A stretch of 64,000 bases of DNA from Candidatus Hydrogenedens sp. (GTDB taxonomy: Bacteria; Hydrogenedentota; Hydrogenedentia; Hydrogenedentales; Hydrogenedentaceae), in assembly GCA_049968235.1 (NCBI GenBank), contig JBMFRC010000006.1:64001-128000 (forward strand), read 5' to 3'. A program made the position numbers and the translations under genes. Each line of letters opens with the position of its first letter. Position 1 is the first letter of the stretch. The notes under the pieces are model-generated. The model did no database searches and had not been told where the DNA came from. It saw only the letters and a program-made list of their open reading frames with translations. Positions 39,338-50,244 of this stretch are shown here, in pieces.

Positions 39338-39504
39338 GTAAGGAATATTATTATAACAAATGTGTTTTTTATTATACAACAGTTCAAAAAATCTATACTT
39401 ATAACTTATGATGCGAATTCATATAATATTAGGTTTGAAGTCGTTTTATTCTACTTTTTTTTCTTATACTATTTAGAAATTTATTTAGGATTAGGAATAC
39501 GTAT

Positions 39505-40269
39505 ATGACGGTTATACTTTCCTGGAATGTTAATGGATTCCGTTCTGTCTTAAAAAAAGGATTTATGGAATGGCTTGAAACAGTTTCTCCTGATATTCTT
39601 TGTTTACAGGAAACTAAATTAAAGCATTCTGATATAAATGACAATTCTTTCCCGATACCTTCACAATATCACGCTTATTGGAGTTGTGCTAAAAAACCGG
39701 GCTACAGTGGAACCGCTTTTTTCTGTAAAAATAAACCCATTCAAATCATAGAAATAGAAGAACCTGATTTTACACATGAAGGGAGGGTGCAAATAGCTGA
39801 TTTCGGTGATTTTATCCTTTTTAATTCCTACTGGCCTAACAGTCAGGAAGAAAAAAAACGGCTTCCTTATAAACTCAGGTTTATTGATAAATTGCAGAAA
39901 ACACTTCTTGATTTCGTTAAGAAAAAGAAAAACATACTCGTATGTGGAGATTTTAATATAGCCCATACAGAGATTGACCTTGCTCGACCTAAAGAAAATG
40001 AAAATCATGCAGGTTATTATCCTGAAGAAAGAGAGGCTATGACAAATTTCTTACATTCAGGTTTTGTAGATACTTTTCGTATGTTTTGCAAAGAAGGAGG
40101 TCACTATACATGGTGGTCGTATCGAACAAATGCCAGGGCTCGGAATATTGGTTGGAGAATTGATTACCATGTCGTAAATGAATCGTTTAAGAAGCATATT
40201 AAACGGTCTTGGATTTTATCGGATGTTTCTGGGTCTGACCATTGTCCAATAGGTGTTGAAATTATTTAA
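39505..40269 (+). CDS. xth: Exodeoxyribonuclease III (AP endonuclease Xth)
   Basis: ILSWNVNGFR, LCLQETK, GDFNIAH, SDHCPI motifs of the EEP-family ExoIII. Confidence 0.9.
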   Translation: MTVILSWNVNGFRSVLKKGFMEWLETVSPDILCLQETKLKHSDINDNSFPIPSQYHAYWSCAKKPGYSGTAFFCKNKPIQIIEIEEPDFTHEGRVQIADFGDFILFNSYWPNSQEEKKRLPYKLRFIDKLQKTLLDFVKKKKNILVCGDFNIAHTEIDLARPKENENHAGYYPEEREAMTNFLHSGFVDTFRMFCKEGGHYTWWSYRTNARARNIGWRIDYHVVNESFKKHIKRSWILSDVSGSDHCPIGVEII

Positions 40270-40283
40270 ATAGGTATATTTTT

Positions 40284-40865
40284 ATGAATAAATCTTATGT
40301 TACAACCAAACAAGGGGACACCGGAAAAACAAAATTACCCGCTGGACATTGGATATCAAAGGATTCGGAAATTATCGAATGTCTCGGCTCTTTAGATAGT
40401 CTCCGCACCAACTTATCTTATCTTCGATTGCAAATTTTACAATCTGATAATCCTCACAAGATATTTCTTTCTGAGGTACTTCTATGGCTTATTCATTGCT
40501 GTTTTATAACCGGGACACAAATATCCGACCCTTCTGGAACGATTATCCCCTCTAACCATCCAAAATTAAGTCAAAAACACTTAGAACAATTAGAACAATG
40601 GCAGGCTCAATTGGAAGAGCAAATTCAATTGCCAAGAAAATTTATTGCATCTGCCAGTAATTCTGTTTCTGCGTATGCTGATATAGTAACCACAGTTGCA
40701 AGAGAATTTGAACGCCGACTAATCGCTTTAGAGAAAAACCAACCTCACAAAACCAATAATGTATTTATTCCTTTTTTTAATCGTTTAAGTGATTTTTTAT
40801 TTATCATTGCACGAATTTTAGATAATAATAATTTCCATACTGTAGATTATACTCTTATCCAATAA
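40284..40865 (+). CDS. ATP:cob(I)alamin adenosyltransferase, PduO-type
   Basis: TKQGDTGKTKL...ECLGSLDSL N-terminal motif (T.xGDxGxTxL ... E..G.LDEL) characteristic of PduO/MMAB ATR. Confidence 0.8.
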   Translation: MNKSYVTTKQGDTGKTKLPAGHWISKDSEIIECLGSLDSLRTNLSYLRLQILQSDNPHKIFLSEVLLWLIHCCFITGTQISDPSGTIIPSNHPKLSQKHLEQLEQWQAQLEEQIQLPRKFIASASNSVSAYADIVTTVAREFERRLIALEKNQPHKTNNVFIPFFNRLSDFLFIIARILDNNNFHTVDYTLIQ

Positions 40866-40868
40866 ATT

Positions 40869-41714
40869 CTATCCTTGCCCAGATAACTTTAATACTTTAT
40901 TTATAAAATTTTTCAGTCCATTTATATATTTATCTCCCGTTATAACAAACCCTTCATTATGGTCGCCTGTAATTTCTAAAAATTCTTTTTCACATTCTAA
41001 TAAATCAAATATTTTTTGCCCATGGTAATATTTAATAAGCGTATCCTGAGGACTATGAATAACTAAAACCGGGGATTTTATATTTTTTAACTTCTTTTTT
41101 GTATAAAATTCATTTCCTCTGGCAAAACGCTCTGGAAACCATGAAAACATATCTTTTGCCACATCAATTGTAGAAAGGAAAGTACTTTCAAGGATTACTC
41201 CTGCACATTCTACTTTCGTCGCTAAATCTGCCGTTACAGCACCCCCTAAAGAACGACCAAAAAGAATTACATTCTGTGGTGAATATCCCTTCCTTCCTAT
41301 TAAATACTTCCACATTGCTAAAGCATCGTTGCAACATCTTTCTTCTGAAGGTCTCCCCGTTGACTTACCGTATCCGCCATAATCGTAAACCAGCACGCTG
41401 AGACCTAACTTTCGGAATATGCCAACAGATTCCAATCGGTCTGCTATATTTCCAGCATTTCCATGTGAAAAAAGAACCACACCTTTTGATTCTTCACAAG
41501 GAATATACCATCCGTGAGTCTTCTTCTTATCTACCTGAACCACAATATCTTCATATTCCCACTGATAAAAATCGGGGGTTCTGTAAATATAAGTTGACTT
41601 TTGATACAGGATGTTAGGAAATATATATTTAGCAAACAAAGAGAATGAAATCATAGCAATAGTGATAGATAGTATTAAAATAATACATAAATATTTATAT
41701 TTAACTATTTTCAT
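40869..41714 (-). CDS. Membrane-anchored alpha/beta hydrolase
   Basis: N-terminal TM. HGNAGN oxyanion-hole region. GRSLGG nucleophile elbow. C-terminal His. Confidence 0.7.
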   Translation of the reverse strand: MKIVKYKYLCIILILSITIAMISFSLFAKYIFPNILYQKSTYIYRTPDFYQWEYEDIVVQVDKKKTHGWYIPCEESKGVVLFSHGNAGNIADRLESVGIFRKLGLSVLVYDYGGYGKSTGRPSEERCCNDALAMWKYLIGRKGYSPQNVILFGRSLGGAVTADLATKVECAGVILESTFLSTIDVAKDMFSWFPERFARGNEFYTKKKLKNIKSPVLVIHSPQDTLIKYYHGQKIFDLLECEKEFLEITGDHNEGFVITGDKYINGLKNFINKVLKLSGQG

Positions 41715-41734
41715 TTACATATTGATTAATGAAA

Positions 41735-42415
41735 CTATTTTTGACCATAATAACCGTCTTTCCCCCATTTTCGTTCATAATGTTTCCTTAAATACACCTC
41801 TTCTATTGTTTTTATATTTCCATCACTTATCATAATTGTATGGTATGCCATTTCCGCTAACTGTTCAAGAACAAAGGCTGTTTCAACTGCTTTCTCTACA
41901 TTTTCTCCCCAAACGAAAGGTCCATGTCCTGGAATAAGAACCGCCTTACATCTTTCTTCATTATTTTCCAAAATACATTGAACGACCTTTTCACCTATTG
42001 AATTTTCATAGTCTTCTGTATCAGGTATTTTTGTTAATGGAACATCTCCGAAAAAATAATCTGCATGAGTAGTTCCCAAACATGGGATTGGTTTTCTTGC
42101 CTGAGCCCAACATGTTGCAAAATGGGAATGTGTATGAACAACACCACCTGCACCGGACACATTTTTATATATAGATAGATGAACGGGTAAATCTACAGAT
42201 GGTTTTAAATCTCCCTCAACAATTTTTCCGTCTATATCTACAACGACCATATCCCTTACTTTTAGTTTGTGATAAGGAACTCCACTGGGCTTAATCACCA
42301 CCAGGTTACTTTCTCTATCTATTCCACTGGCATTTCCCCATGTTAAAATTACCAGTTTTTCTTGAACTAGTTGCAAATTGGCTTCCAAAACTTCCTTTTT
42401 CAATCGCTCTAACAT
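41735..42415 (-). CDS. araD: L-ribulose-5-phosphate 4-epimerase (class II aldolase family)
   Basis: Collinear with E. coli AraD (LTWGNASGIDRE, VVHTHSHFATCWAQ, GTTHADYF, HGPFVWG, YLRKHY..YYGQ). Confidence 0.75.
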   Translation of the reverse strand: MLERLKKEVLEANLQLVQEKLVILTWGNASGIDRESNLVVIKPSGVPYHKLKVRDMVVVDIDGKIVEGDLKPSVDLPVHLSIYKNVSGAGGVVHTHSHFATCWAQARKPIPCLGTTHADYFFGDVPLTKIPDTEDYENSIGEKVVQCILENNEERCKAVLIPGHGPFVWGENVEKAVETAFVLEQLAEMAYHTIMISDGNIKTIEEVYLRKHYERKWGKDGYYGQK

Positions 42416-42427
42416 TGTACTTACCTT

Positions 42428-43426
42428 TTATTCATCTGCATTTGATTGAATCATATTACTGACTTTTTCTGGATTTTCCATAACAGATATTAATATTTCT
42501 TCTATCTTTTGGGCACATTTAAGATTCATAATTTCTGTGCGTATTTTTCCGATATATGGGTAACCATGTAAATAACCATTATAAAACTTTCTAAATATGG
42601 GAACTCCTCTTTGCTCGCCATAGTATTCAATGTGCTTGCGGAAATGTATAAGACACCAATGTATTCGTTCTGTAATGTCAGGTTCAGGAGTATATTCACC
42701 TTTTTCCAGATATAATTTACAGCGTTTAAATAAAAAGGGATTTCCAATAACAGCCCTTCCTATCATAACTCCATCCGCGCCCAATGCAAAGCATTTTTCA
42801 ACATCCTGCGGTGTTTTTATATCCCCGTTAGCAACAAAAGGTATTCTCGTTTTTTCTTTTATTTTAGGTACCCAGGACCAATCTACATCTCCTTTTAATC
42901 CCTGTTGTCTTGTTCTTAAATGTACTGTGATAAAATCAATACCTATGTTATAAGCAATTTCTAAAACATCAAAAATAGTAATATTATTATCGTCCCAACC
43001 TAATCGTGTTTTTAATGTAACAGGTAGTTCTATATTTGATTTTACTTCGTATAAAACGCGTTCCAATTTTTTTAAGTCCCTCAACAAACCTGCACCATCT
43101 CCCCTATTTGCAATTTTTTTAACCCAACAACCTGCGTTAATGTCAATAAAATCCGGAGCATAACTTTCCGCTGTTTTCCCTGCATTTACCATTGATGTTT
43201 CAGAACTACCATATAATTGAATACCGATAGGTCTCTCCTGTTCATTAAAACTCATTTTCTTTAAGGACCTATCTACATTACGGATTACCGCCTCTGCACT
43301 GATAAATTCAGTAATAACGACATCCGCACCCCATTCTTTGCATATGTTGCGAAACGGGAAATCAGTTATATCATCCATAGGGGCGAGAAACAAAGGCTTT
43401 TCTATTTCATATTTTCCAATTTTCAT
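42428..43426 (-). CDS. tRNA-dihydrouridine synthase
   Basis: LAPMDDITDFPFR...ADVVITEF...INAGC (Cys nucleophile)...GADGVMIGR motifs of Dus family. Confidence 0.85.
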   Translation of the reverse strand: MKIGKYEIEKPLFLAPMDDITDFPFRNICKEWGADVVITEFISAEAVIRNVDRSLKKMSFNEQERPIGIQLYGSSETSMVNAGKTAESYAPDFIDINAGCWVKKIANRGDGAGLLRDLKKLERVLYEVKSNIELPVTLKTRLGWDDNNITIFDVLEIAYNIGIDFITVHLRTRQQGLKGDVDWSWVPKIKEKTRIPFVANGDIKTPQDVEKCFALGADGVMIGRAVIGNPFLFKRCKLYLEKGEYTPEPDITERIHWCLIHFRKHIEYYGEQRGVPIFRKFYNGYLHGYPYIGKIRTEIMNLKCAQKIEEILISVMENPEKVSNMIQSNADE

Positions 43427-43437
43427 TGTATTGAATT

Positions 43438-45153
43438 TTATTTATTCATTTTAAAAAGTTTCATGGCACAAAATTTAGGTCCACACATCGTGCAATAATT
43501 TTGATTTATTTTATCTCTCCCGTCTTCCTTTATACATGGATTACTTTCTATAAACATTTGCAATGATTTTTCGGGGTCTAATGCAAGAGCAAATTGGTCC
43601 TCCCATGAGAATTTAACCCTTGCTAATGCCATAAGGCAATCCCGAAGAAAAGCGGAAGGCAAACCTTTTGCAATATCTGAAGCATGTGCCGAAATTCGAT
43701 AGGTAATTACGCCTTCTCGTACATCCTCCCTATTGGGTAAACCTATATGCTCTTTGGGTGTAACATAACATAACATAGCGGTTCCTGCAGAGCCGATAAG
43801 CGTTGCCCCGATAGCAGAGCTAATATGGTCATAACCTGTTGCAATATCTGTTACAACGGGACCCAATGTATAAAATGGAGCGGAATTGCACAAATCCTTT
43901 TGAATTTCAATATTATCCATAATTTTATTCATAGGGATATGCCCCGGCCCCTCATGCATCACCTGAACATCGAATTTCTCTGCCCTTCTGGCAAGTTCAC
44001 TTTGAATTTTTAATTCTGCAAATTGGGCTTCATCATTTGCATCATAAATACATCCCGGCCTCAAGCCGTCCCCTATCGAAACCGCGACATCATAGGCAGA
44101 TAATATTTCACAAATTTCATCCCAGTGGGTATATGTAAAATTCTGTTGTTTATGCATTTTCATCCATTGTGAAATAATTGCACCTCCACGACTGACAATA
44201 CCTGCTAATCGTTTTTCCACCAGTGGCAGGTGTTCTTCCAGTAATCCGGCATGAATTGTGAAATAATCTACTCCTTGTTCCGCTTGTTTAATTAAAACAT
44301 CGCGATATAATTCCCATGAAATTTCTTCTGGCTTTCCTTCTACCTTCTCTAATACTTCATAAATCGGTACTGTTCCAACAGGAACGGGTGAATTCCGAAT
44401 TATTGCTTCTCGAATGGTTTCTATTTCTTCCCCTGTGCTTAAATCCATAACTGTATCAGCACCACACATTACTGCCCAAATCATCTTTTCTACTTCTTCT
44501 TTAATCCCGCTACGAATAGATGAATTTCCTATATTTGCATTAATTTTTGTTCGTAGTCCTTGCCCTATTCCCATCGGTTCTAATTCCGGATGATTAATAT
44601 TTGCAGGTATAATAATTCTTCCTTCTGCTACTTGTTTACAAATCCATTCCGGGGAAATCATCGATTCTTTTATGATTTTCTCTGCTTTCTCTTTCCACAA
44701 CCAATCTATCCACATTTTATTTTGTGTTATTTCAATACTTTCTCGATGTGCTACATATTCCATCTCCGGAGTAATAATACCTTTCTTTGCATAGTACCGT
44801 TGTGTTACCCTTTTCCCACATTTTGCTTTTCGTATTATTTTATTTCCTTTTTGAAAACTTTGTATTTCTTCCCTTAACTTTATCCATTCATCTCGTATCT
44901 TTGATATTCCAATCTGAAAATCCGATAATTCTGTTATACTTTCATAAGGTCCTGCTGTATCATATATATAATATTCAAAAGCATGTGAAGAATATTTCTC
45001 TTTTAACGCATCCGGGACAATGTTTTCGTTAATTTTTATTTTCCTTGTAGGTATTAAAAAATTAAATTCCTTCCCATTTATATTTATATATTCTTTTTGA
45101 ATTTTAGATTTCAAAACATCACTTTTTATAAAGTTATTCATTCTTCTACCCAA
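43438..45153 (-). CDS. thiC: Phosphomethylpyrimidine synthase ThiC
   Basis: Radical-SAM ThiC C-terminal [12 protein letters not shown] cluster motif. 571 aa, collinear with ThiC. Confidence 0.9.
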   Translation of the reverse strand: MGRRMNNFIKSDVLKSKIQKEYININGKEFNFLIPTRKIKINENIVPDALKEKYSSHAFEYYIYDTAGPYESITELSDFQIGISKIRDEWIKLREEIQSFQKGNKIIRKAKCGKRVTQRYYAKKGIITPEMEYVAHRESIEITQNKMWIDWLWKEKAEKIIKESMISPEWICKQVAEGRIIIPANINHPELEPMGIGQGLRTKINANIGNSSIRSGIKEEVEKMIWAVMCGADTVMDLSTGEEIETIREAIIRNSPVPVGTVPIYEVLEKVEGKPEEISWELYRDVLIKQAEQGVDYFTIHAGLLEEHLPLVEKRLAGIVSRGGAIISQWMKMHKQQNFTYTHWDEICEILSAYDVAVSIGDGLRPGCIYDANDEAQFAELKIQSELARRAEKFDVQVMHEGPGHIPMNKIMDNIEIQKDLCNSAPFYTLGPVVTDIATGYDHISSAIGATLIGSAGTAMLCYVTPKEHIGLPNREDVREGVITYRISAHASDIAKGLPSAFLRDCLMALARVKFSWEDQFALALDPEKSLQMFIESNPCIKEDGRDKINQNYCTMCGPKFCAMKLFKMNK

Positions 45154-45208
45154 TACTAATTAGACTATACATTCTTCTTAATTATAGCAATAAAAAATTA
45201 GAGATATT

Positions 45209-47827
45209 TTAAATGTAAACAAGAACTTCTATCTTTTCATTTCCTTCTATCAAACGATATTCTTTTACATGAAGCATTGCAACAACATCTTTCAAGAGTA
45301 TTTGACATGCTTCATTTTTCGTGGTTGGACATTTAACTTCTATCTTTGAGACAGGTGCTGCCAAACTTATATTCGCATCCGCTTTGGCTTTTCTAATGGG
45401 GTTAATCAGCAAGATAAGGTCTTCATATAATTCTGGATATTTTGTTGGAGGCACCTCATTAAACTCTTCAATAGATGGCCATGGACTCCTGTGAATAGAA
45501 TTTGCCATGTCTTTATCATTTGAATATTCCCAACTCCAAATCTCCTCTGTAATATAGGGTAAATAAGGAGCAAATAAACGAATAATAGCACGATGTATTA
45601 GTCTTAACGCACTACAAGCGGAGAGCCGTTCATTATTTAATTCCGGTTGATAAACACGAGGTTTTATAATTTCCAGATAATTATCACAAAAGACATTCCA
45701 GAAAAATTCTTCTGTCAACATTAATGATTGAGCATAATCAAATTCCTCAAAACTGGCGGTTGCTCTTTGAATACATGTTTTTAGTTCATTTATAACTGAA
45801 ATGTCAATAGGATTTTGAATAATTCCTCTTTTTAGTAATCCTCTATCCACATTTTGGAGTTGCATAATCGCAAATTTACTTGCATTAAATAATTTTGTAC
45901 ATAGTTTTCTACCTACTTTAAAAGCCTGTTCATCGTAAGCAGTGTCCACCCCCAATCGTGCCTTTGCTGACCAATAACGAACGCTATCTGCACCGTGTTG
46001 CTCAATCAGCGGTTCAGGAGTTACTACATTCCCATGACTTTTTGACATTTTTTTTCGGTCAGGGTCTAATATCCAACCACTTAACACCACATTTTTCCAG
46101 GGAATTTCACCATCATGAAGATATGCTTTTACAATAGTGTAAAATGCCCATGTTCGGATAATATCATGCGCCTGGGGGCGTATATCCATGGGGAACAATT
46201 TTTTATGTCTTTCTGGATTTAAAAACCAATGTGTTGCTATCTGTGGAGTAAGAGAACTTGTTGCCCATGTATCTAATACATCTGGTTCTCCGGTAAAGCC
46301 GTTCGGTTTATCTCTTTGTTCTTCTGTATAACCGTGAGGGACATCCGATAGGGGGTCAATAGGTAAATCTTTAATATCAGGTAAAATGGGCTTACTATAT
46401 ACAATTATTCCCTCTTCATTTATTGGGTACCATACCGGAATAGGGACACCAAAAAATCTCTGTCGGCTCAAACACCAGTCCTGATTTAATCCTTCAACCC
46501 AGTGTTCATATCGTTTATACATATAATCGGGATGCCAATTTATCTTTTTACCCTGTTCAATAAGTGCCTCTTTTTTATCAATAATTTTTGTGTACCATTG
46601 TCGTGTTGGAACAATTTCCAGAGGTCGGTCACCTTTTTCAAAGAAACGAACTGCATGCGTAATTTGCGTTTCAGGACGGTCAATTACACTCTCCGTTTGG
46701 TTTGCAATTTCGATAATGACCTTCTTGGCATTTCCTGTATATAGTCCCTCCATTCTGGAATAGACTTCATTGGCTTTTTGTGGATTCATGGAAGGGACAA
46801 TCAAGTGGCCTTCATCTAAAGAATTGTTTGGTTTTTCATTGACACTTACAAATTGCACATGTAATAAAGTGCCATTCCTCGCCACAATTTGTCGGAGAGG
46901 TAAATTGAATTGTTTCCACCATTCCACATCCGTTTGGTCTCCGAATGTACATACCATGACAACACCTGTTCCTTTTTCGGGCTCCGCTTTTTCATCTGCC
47001 ATAATAGGTACGGGAACATGAAACAAAGGCGTTAAGATTGTTTTCCCTATGTATTTCTTATACCTTTCATCATCTGGATGTACCAGAACTGCAACACAAG
47101 CAGGAAGTAATTCGGGACGTGTAGTTGCTATTATGAGATAATCACTACTATCAGGGAAAGGAAAGCGAAAATAATAAAAAGCAGAAGGGACATCCTTATC
47201 TACAAGTTCCGCTTGTGCAATTGCTGTCTGATAATCGATATCCCACAAAACAGGTCTCTCTTCTTGATATACCTCCCCTTTTTTGTAAAGTTCAATAAAA
47301 CTTGCCTGAGAAATTAAACGGCAATGTCGGTCTATCGTTGCATATTCTAGGTCCCAGTCATAACTCATTCCGAGCCTTGTCCATAAGTTCCGAAATGCTT
47401 TTTCATCTTCAATAATAACCTGGTCGCATAACTCAATAAAGTTTTTCCTACTTACTGCCATAGGGGGTGTCCCTTTTTTACCGGGAAAGACTTTAAGATT
47501 GGGGTCATATGGCATTGAAGGTTCACAACGGACATTAAGATAATTTTGAACTCTTCGTTCGGTTGGCAATCCGTTATCATCCCATCCTATTGGGAAAAAG
47601 ATATTTTTACCTTTCATTCTTTGATAACGAACAATAAAATCTTGATGGGAATAACTGAACATATGTCCAACATGCAAAGAACCACTTACAGTAGGGGGAG
47701 GAGTATCGACAACGAAGGTCTCCTCACGGTTTTTTGTAGGGTCCCAACGATATATCCCTGTTTCTTTCCATGTTTTTATCCAATTCTCTTCAATTTTCTT
47801 TACATCATAATTTTGAGGTAAATCCAT
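45209..47827 (-). CDS. valS: Valyl-tRNA synthetase (short, archaeal-like type)
   Basis: PPPTVSGSLHVGH (HIGH region) with ...RYQRMKG. KMSKSHGN. N-terminus MDLPQNYDVKKIEENW typical for ValRS. 872 aa. Confidence 0.8.
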   Translation of the reverse strand: MDLPQNYDVKKIEENWIKTWKETGIYRWDPTKNREETFVVDTPPPTVSGSLHVGHMFSYSHQDFIVRYQRMKGKNIFFPIGWDDNGLPTERRVQNYLNVRCEPSMPYDPNLKVFPGKKGTPPMAVSRKNFIELCDQVIIEDEKAFRNLWTRLGMSYDWDLEYATIDRHCRLISQASFIELYKKGEVYQEERPVLWDIDYQTAIAQAELVDKDVPSAFYYFRFPFPDSSDYLIIATTRPELLPACVAVLVHPDDERYKKYIGKTILTPLFHVPVPIMADEKAEPEKGTGVVMVCTFGDQTDVEWWKQFNLPLRQIVARNGTLLHVQFVSVNEKPNNSLDEGHLIVPSMNPQKANEVYSRMEGLYTGNAKKVIIEIANQTESVIDRPETQITHAVRFFEKGDRPLEIVPTRQWYTKIIDKKEALIEQGKKINWHPDYMYKRYEHWVEGLNQDWCLSRQRFFGVPIPVWYPINEEGIIVYSKPILPDIKDLPIDPLSDVPHGYTEEQRDKPNGFTGEPDVLDTWATSSLTPQIATHWFLNPERHKKLFPMDIRPQAHDIIRTWAFYTIVKAYLHDGEIPWKNVVLSGWILDPDRKKMSKSHGNVVTPEPLIEQHGADSVRYWSAKARLGVDTAYDEQAFKVGRKLCTKLFNASKFAIMQLQNVDRGLLKRGIIQNPIDISVINELKTCIQRATASFEEFDYAQSLMLTEEFFWNVFCDNYLEIIKPRVYQPELNNERLSACSALRLIHRAIIRLFAPYLPYITEEIWSWEYSNDKDMANSIHRSPWPSIEEFNEVPPTKYPELYEDLILLINPIRKAKADANISLAAPVSKIEVKCPTTKNEACQILLKDVVAMLHVKEYRLIEGNEKIEVLVYI

Positions 47828-47955
47828 AAAAAACCTTCCTTTAATAATTAAAATCTCTTACAAAAAAATCTGGAAAATCGAAAGGACAGGTAAATAGTAT
47901 ACTAAATCAGAATATTCTTTGGAAAGTTGTAAGTAAAAAATGAATATTTTCACTT

Positions 47956-48615
47956 TTATAGTAGATTAAAACCTGTTAAACCGAAAGTGAGTAAAAAACC
48001 TGCTATATAATGCAAAGGAGGCGAGATAATTCGTGAACCTAATGTTATCGCAATAATAAGTCCAAAGGGGCCCATTTGTTGTAAGAATCGTTGTCCTTCC
48101 GGTGGAAGAAAATAATTTAAGACATGATGTCCATCTAAAGGAGGTAGTGGAATACAATTGAAAAGTAGTAAAACAAGATTTATCATTACAATGGAAATGG
48201 ATACTAAACAGGCTGGAGAGGAAAACATTTCATCCGGGGTTGAAATACCATTAATGATAACGGTTAATCTTAAAACGAAAGTAAATGCTATAGCCAATAA
48301 TAAATTTGCTGAGGGTCCTGCTATAGCAACAAAAACAGAATGAAGTCTTGGATTTCTTAAATTCCGAATGTTTACAGGAACAGGTTTTGCCCAACCAAAT
48401 AGAAATGGGAATTGCGTTATCATCATCATTAACGGCAAAATAAAAGTTCCCAACAGGTCCGCATGTTTTATGGGATTTAATGTTAATCGTCCCAACATTC
48501 GTGCTGTATGGTCACCAAATCGGTCTGCAGCAGCTGCATGTGCCGCTTCATGTGCGGATAAGCAAAATAGCAAGCATATATATTGTACCAAGATTTGTAA
48601 AATATGGTCAGCCAC
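47956..48615 (-). CDS. Site-2 protease family (peptidase M50B) membrane metalloprotease
   Basis: HEAAHA HExxH motif inside a TM helix. Multiple TM segments. LDGHH-like second metal ligand region (PPLDGHHVL). Confidence 0.75.
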   Translation of the reverse strand: MADHILQILVQYICLLFCLSAHEAAHAAAADRFGDHTARMLGRLTLNPIKHADLLGTFILPLMMMITQFPFLFGWAKPVPVNIRNLRNPRLHSVFVAIAGPSANLLLAIAFTFVLRLTVIINGISTPDEMFSSPACLVSISIVMINLVLLLFNCIPLPPLDGHHVLNYFLPPEGQRFLQQMGPFGLIIAITLGSRIISPPLHYIAGFLLTFGLTGFNLL

Positions 48616-48726
48616 TTAAATAACCCTCGTATAATATTGTGTAAGTATACTTTATATATAATATGACATGTCAAAAAGGTATAATGTTTCTAAAATCTAT
48701 ATAATCTATATTTTTTACAACTATAT

Positions 48727-50238
48727 ATGATTGATACATTATTATTGAAAACATATATCACTATTCTTTCAGTCTTATCTAAGAATAAAGATAATCTATC
48801 CGAAAATTTCATTTCGCTTAACGATTTTTTACATCTTTTTTCTCAACCCAAACTCAACCTCATAAATACGAAAGACTTCTTACAACAGGTAGAAGAGTGT
48901 TTTAATCTTCACATAGAAACTGGAAATAAGCTACATTCTGTTCATTTGAATATTGATAAAATGATTGTATTAAATTGTCTGTCTATCTTTAATAAACTTA
49001 TCGGTAAAAATATTTTTTCTATTTATTATGAGGAAACACAAGAAGGTGGTTTTCTCATTCCGAATCTCACTTTGTTTTCATCGAATAATCTGGAGCAATT
49101 GTCAAATTTTATCTTGGTTAATAATTTTTTACCTTTAAATACTTCATTCATTAATACACAGTGGACTAAAATCACAAATGGTGGAAAAATACAAATCAAA
49201 CAAAATCAAATTATATTCAAGCTTGCTGGTTTTAAATTACCAGCCAGGAACAATCCTTTATGTGAATTTGCCCCTGAATTTTCTTCTGCATTAGAAGAAG
49301 AAATCGAAAGTCTCATCTCTAATTATATATCCTCATGGGATTTTAATAAGATAATTGATATTCATGTATTTTTCAATTCTATATGGGAATATTTAAGACC
49401 GTTTATAACTAATCCTAATAAAATAGAGATTAGAATAGATAAACCTATCCCTATACTAAAGATATCGGAACTCAGTTTATCTTCAATACTTCTTTGTAAT
49501 ATTTCTCCATTTATCATTTTGCATAACCTTCTAACAGGGATATTCAGTATTAGTTATGAGACAAAAGGGAAAAACTTTATGGTCGAAACAGTAATAAGAA
49601 CGGAGAAACCTTTTGAATATCCTTTAATTGCCCAAAGGGCAATTAAATATTTCGTGGAACAAATAAAAGGAAGTCTAACCATTGAAAGTAAACAAATAAA
49701 AAATGATTGTATATTTACAACTACACTTTCTATTCCCGACAATATCGGCATTTTTTTAGATACCGAATTACATGGTTGGGAGTGTCTAACAGCAGAAAGT
49801 CAGGATATTTTACGACGATTGAGTTATGAATGTTCAATACCTTATGAACATCCATTTATTTCAGAACTTATTCGATTTGAAATAGAAAATTATTTTCGTG
49901 AACTTTTCTCAAAGCCTCTATTTATCAATCTTTCCCATGAATTATTGGAGAGAAACAAGCGTTATATCAGTCATACTATAAAATCTATGTTAGAGGAAAT
50001 AGAAAAAGGAAAAATCAAAAAGAATTCTTTTAATCCTTTATCCATAGGACAAATAATGGATGCCTTTTTAAGTTTACCTGACGTAGAAAATAGATTTCGT
50101 AAAATTTTTAATACAGATACAGTCAATATGACACATTTATTAGAATTATCGAAAACATTAAAAGAATTCCCCCACTCCAGCAAATCATTGATTTCTATAT
50201 TAATTTTCTTTATACAAAATACAAAGAAGTCCAATTAA
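48727..50238 (+). CDS. Hypothetical protein (503 aa), no recognisable domain
   Basis: Long ATG-initiated ORF with coding-like periodicity. Convergent with the hfs-like operon. Confidence 0.5.
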   Translation: MIDTLLLKTYITILSVLSKNKDNLSENFISLNDFLHLFSQPKLNLINTKDFLQQVEECFNLHIETGNKLHSVHLNIDKMIVLNCLSIFNKLIGKNIFSIYYEETQEGGFLIPNLTLFSSNNLEQLSNFILVNNFLPLNTSFINTQWTKITNGGKIQIKQNQIIFKLAGFKLPARNNPLCEFAPEFSSALEEEIESLISNYISSWDFNKIIDIHVFFNSIWEYLRPFITNPNKIEIRIDKPIPILKISELSLSSILLCNISPFIILHNLLTGIFSISYETKGKNFMVETVIRTEKPFEYPLIAQRAIKYFVEQIKGSLTIESKQIKNDCIFTTTLSIPDNIGIFLDTELHGWECLTAESQDILRRLSYECSIPYEHPFISELIRFEIENYFRELFSKPLFINLSHELLERNKRYISHTIKSMLEEIEKGKIKKNSFNPLSIGQIMDAFLSLPDVENRFRKIFNTDTVNMTHLLELSKTLKEFPHSSKSLISILIFFIQNTKKSN

Positions 50239-50244
50239 TAGCTT

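Noticed and set aside
45154-45208. TPP riboswitch upstream of thiC
   Set aside because: The gap is only 55 nt and there is no THI-box consensus (no GGGG, no CUGAGA/ACCUGAUCUGGAUAAUGCCAGC-like core). The valS leader 47828..47955 also lacks it by eye.
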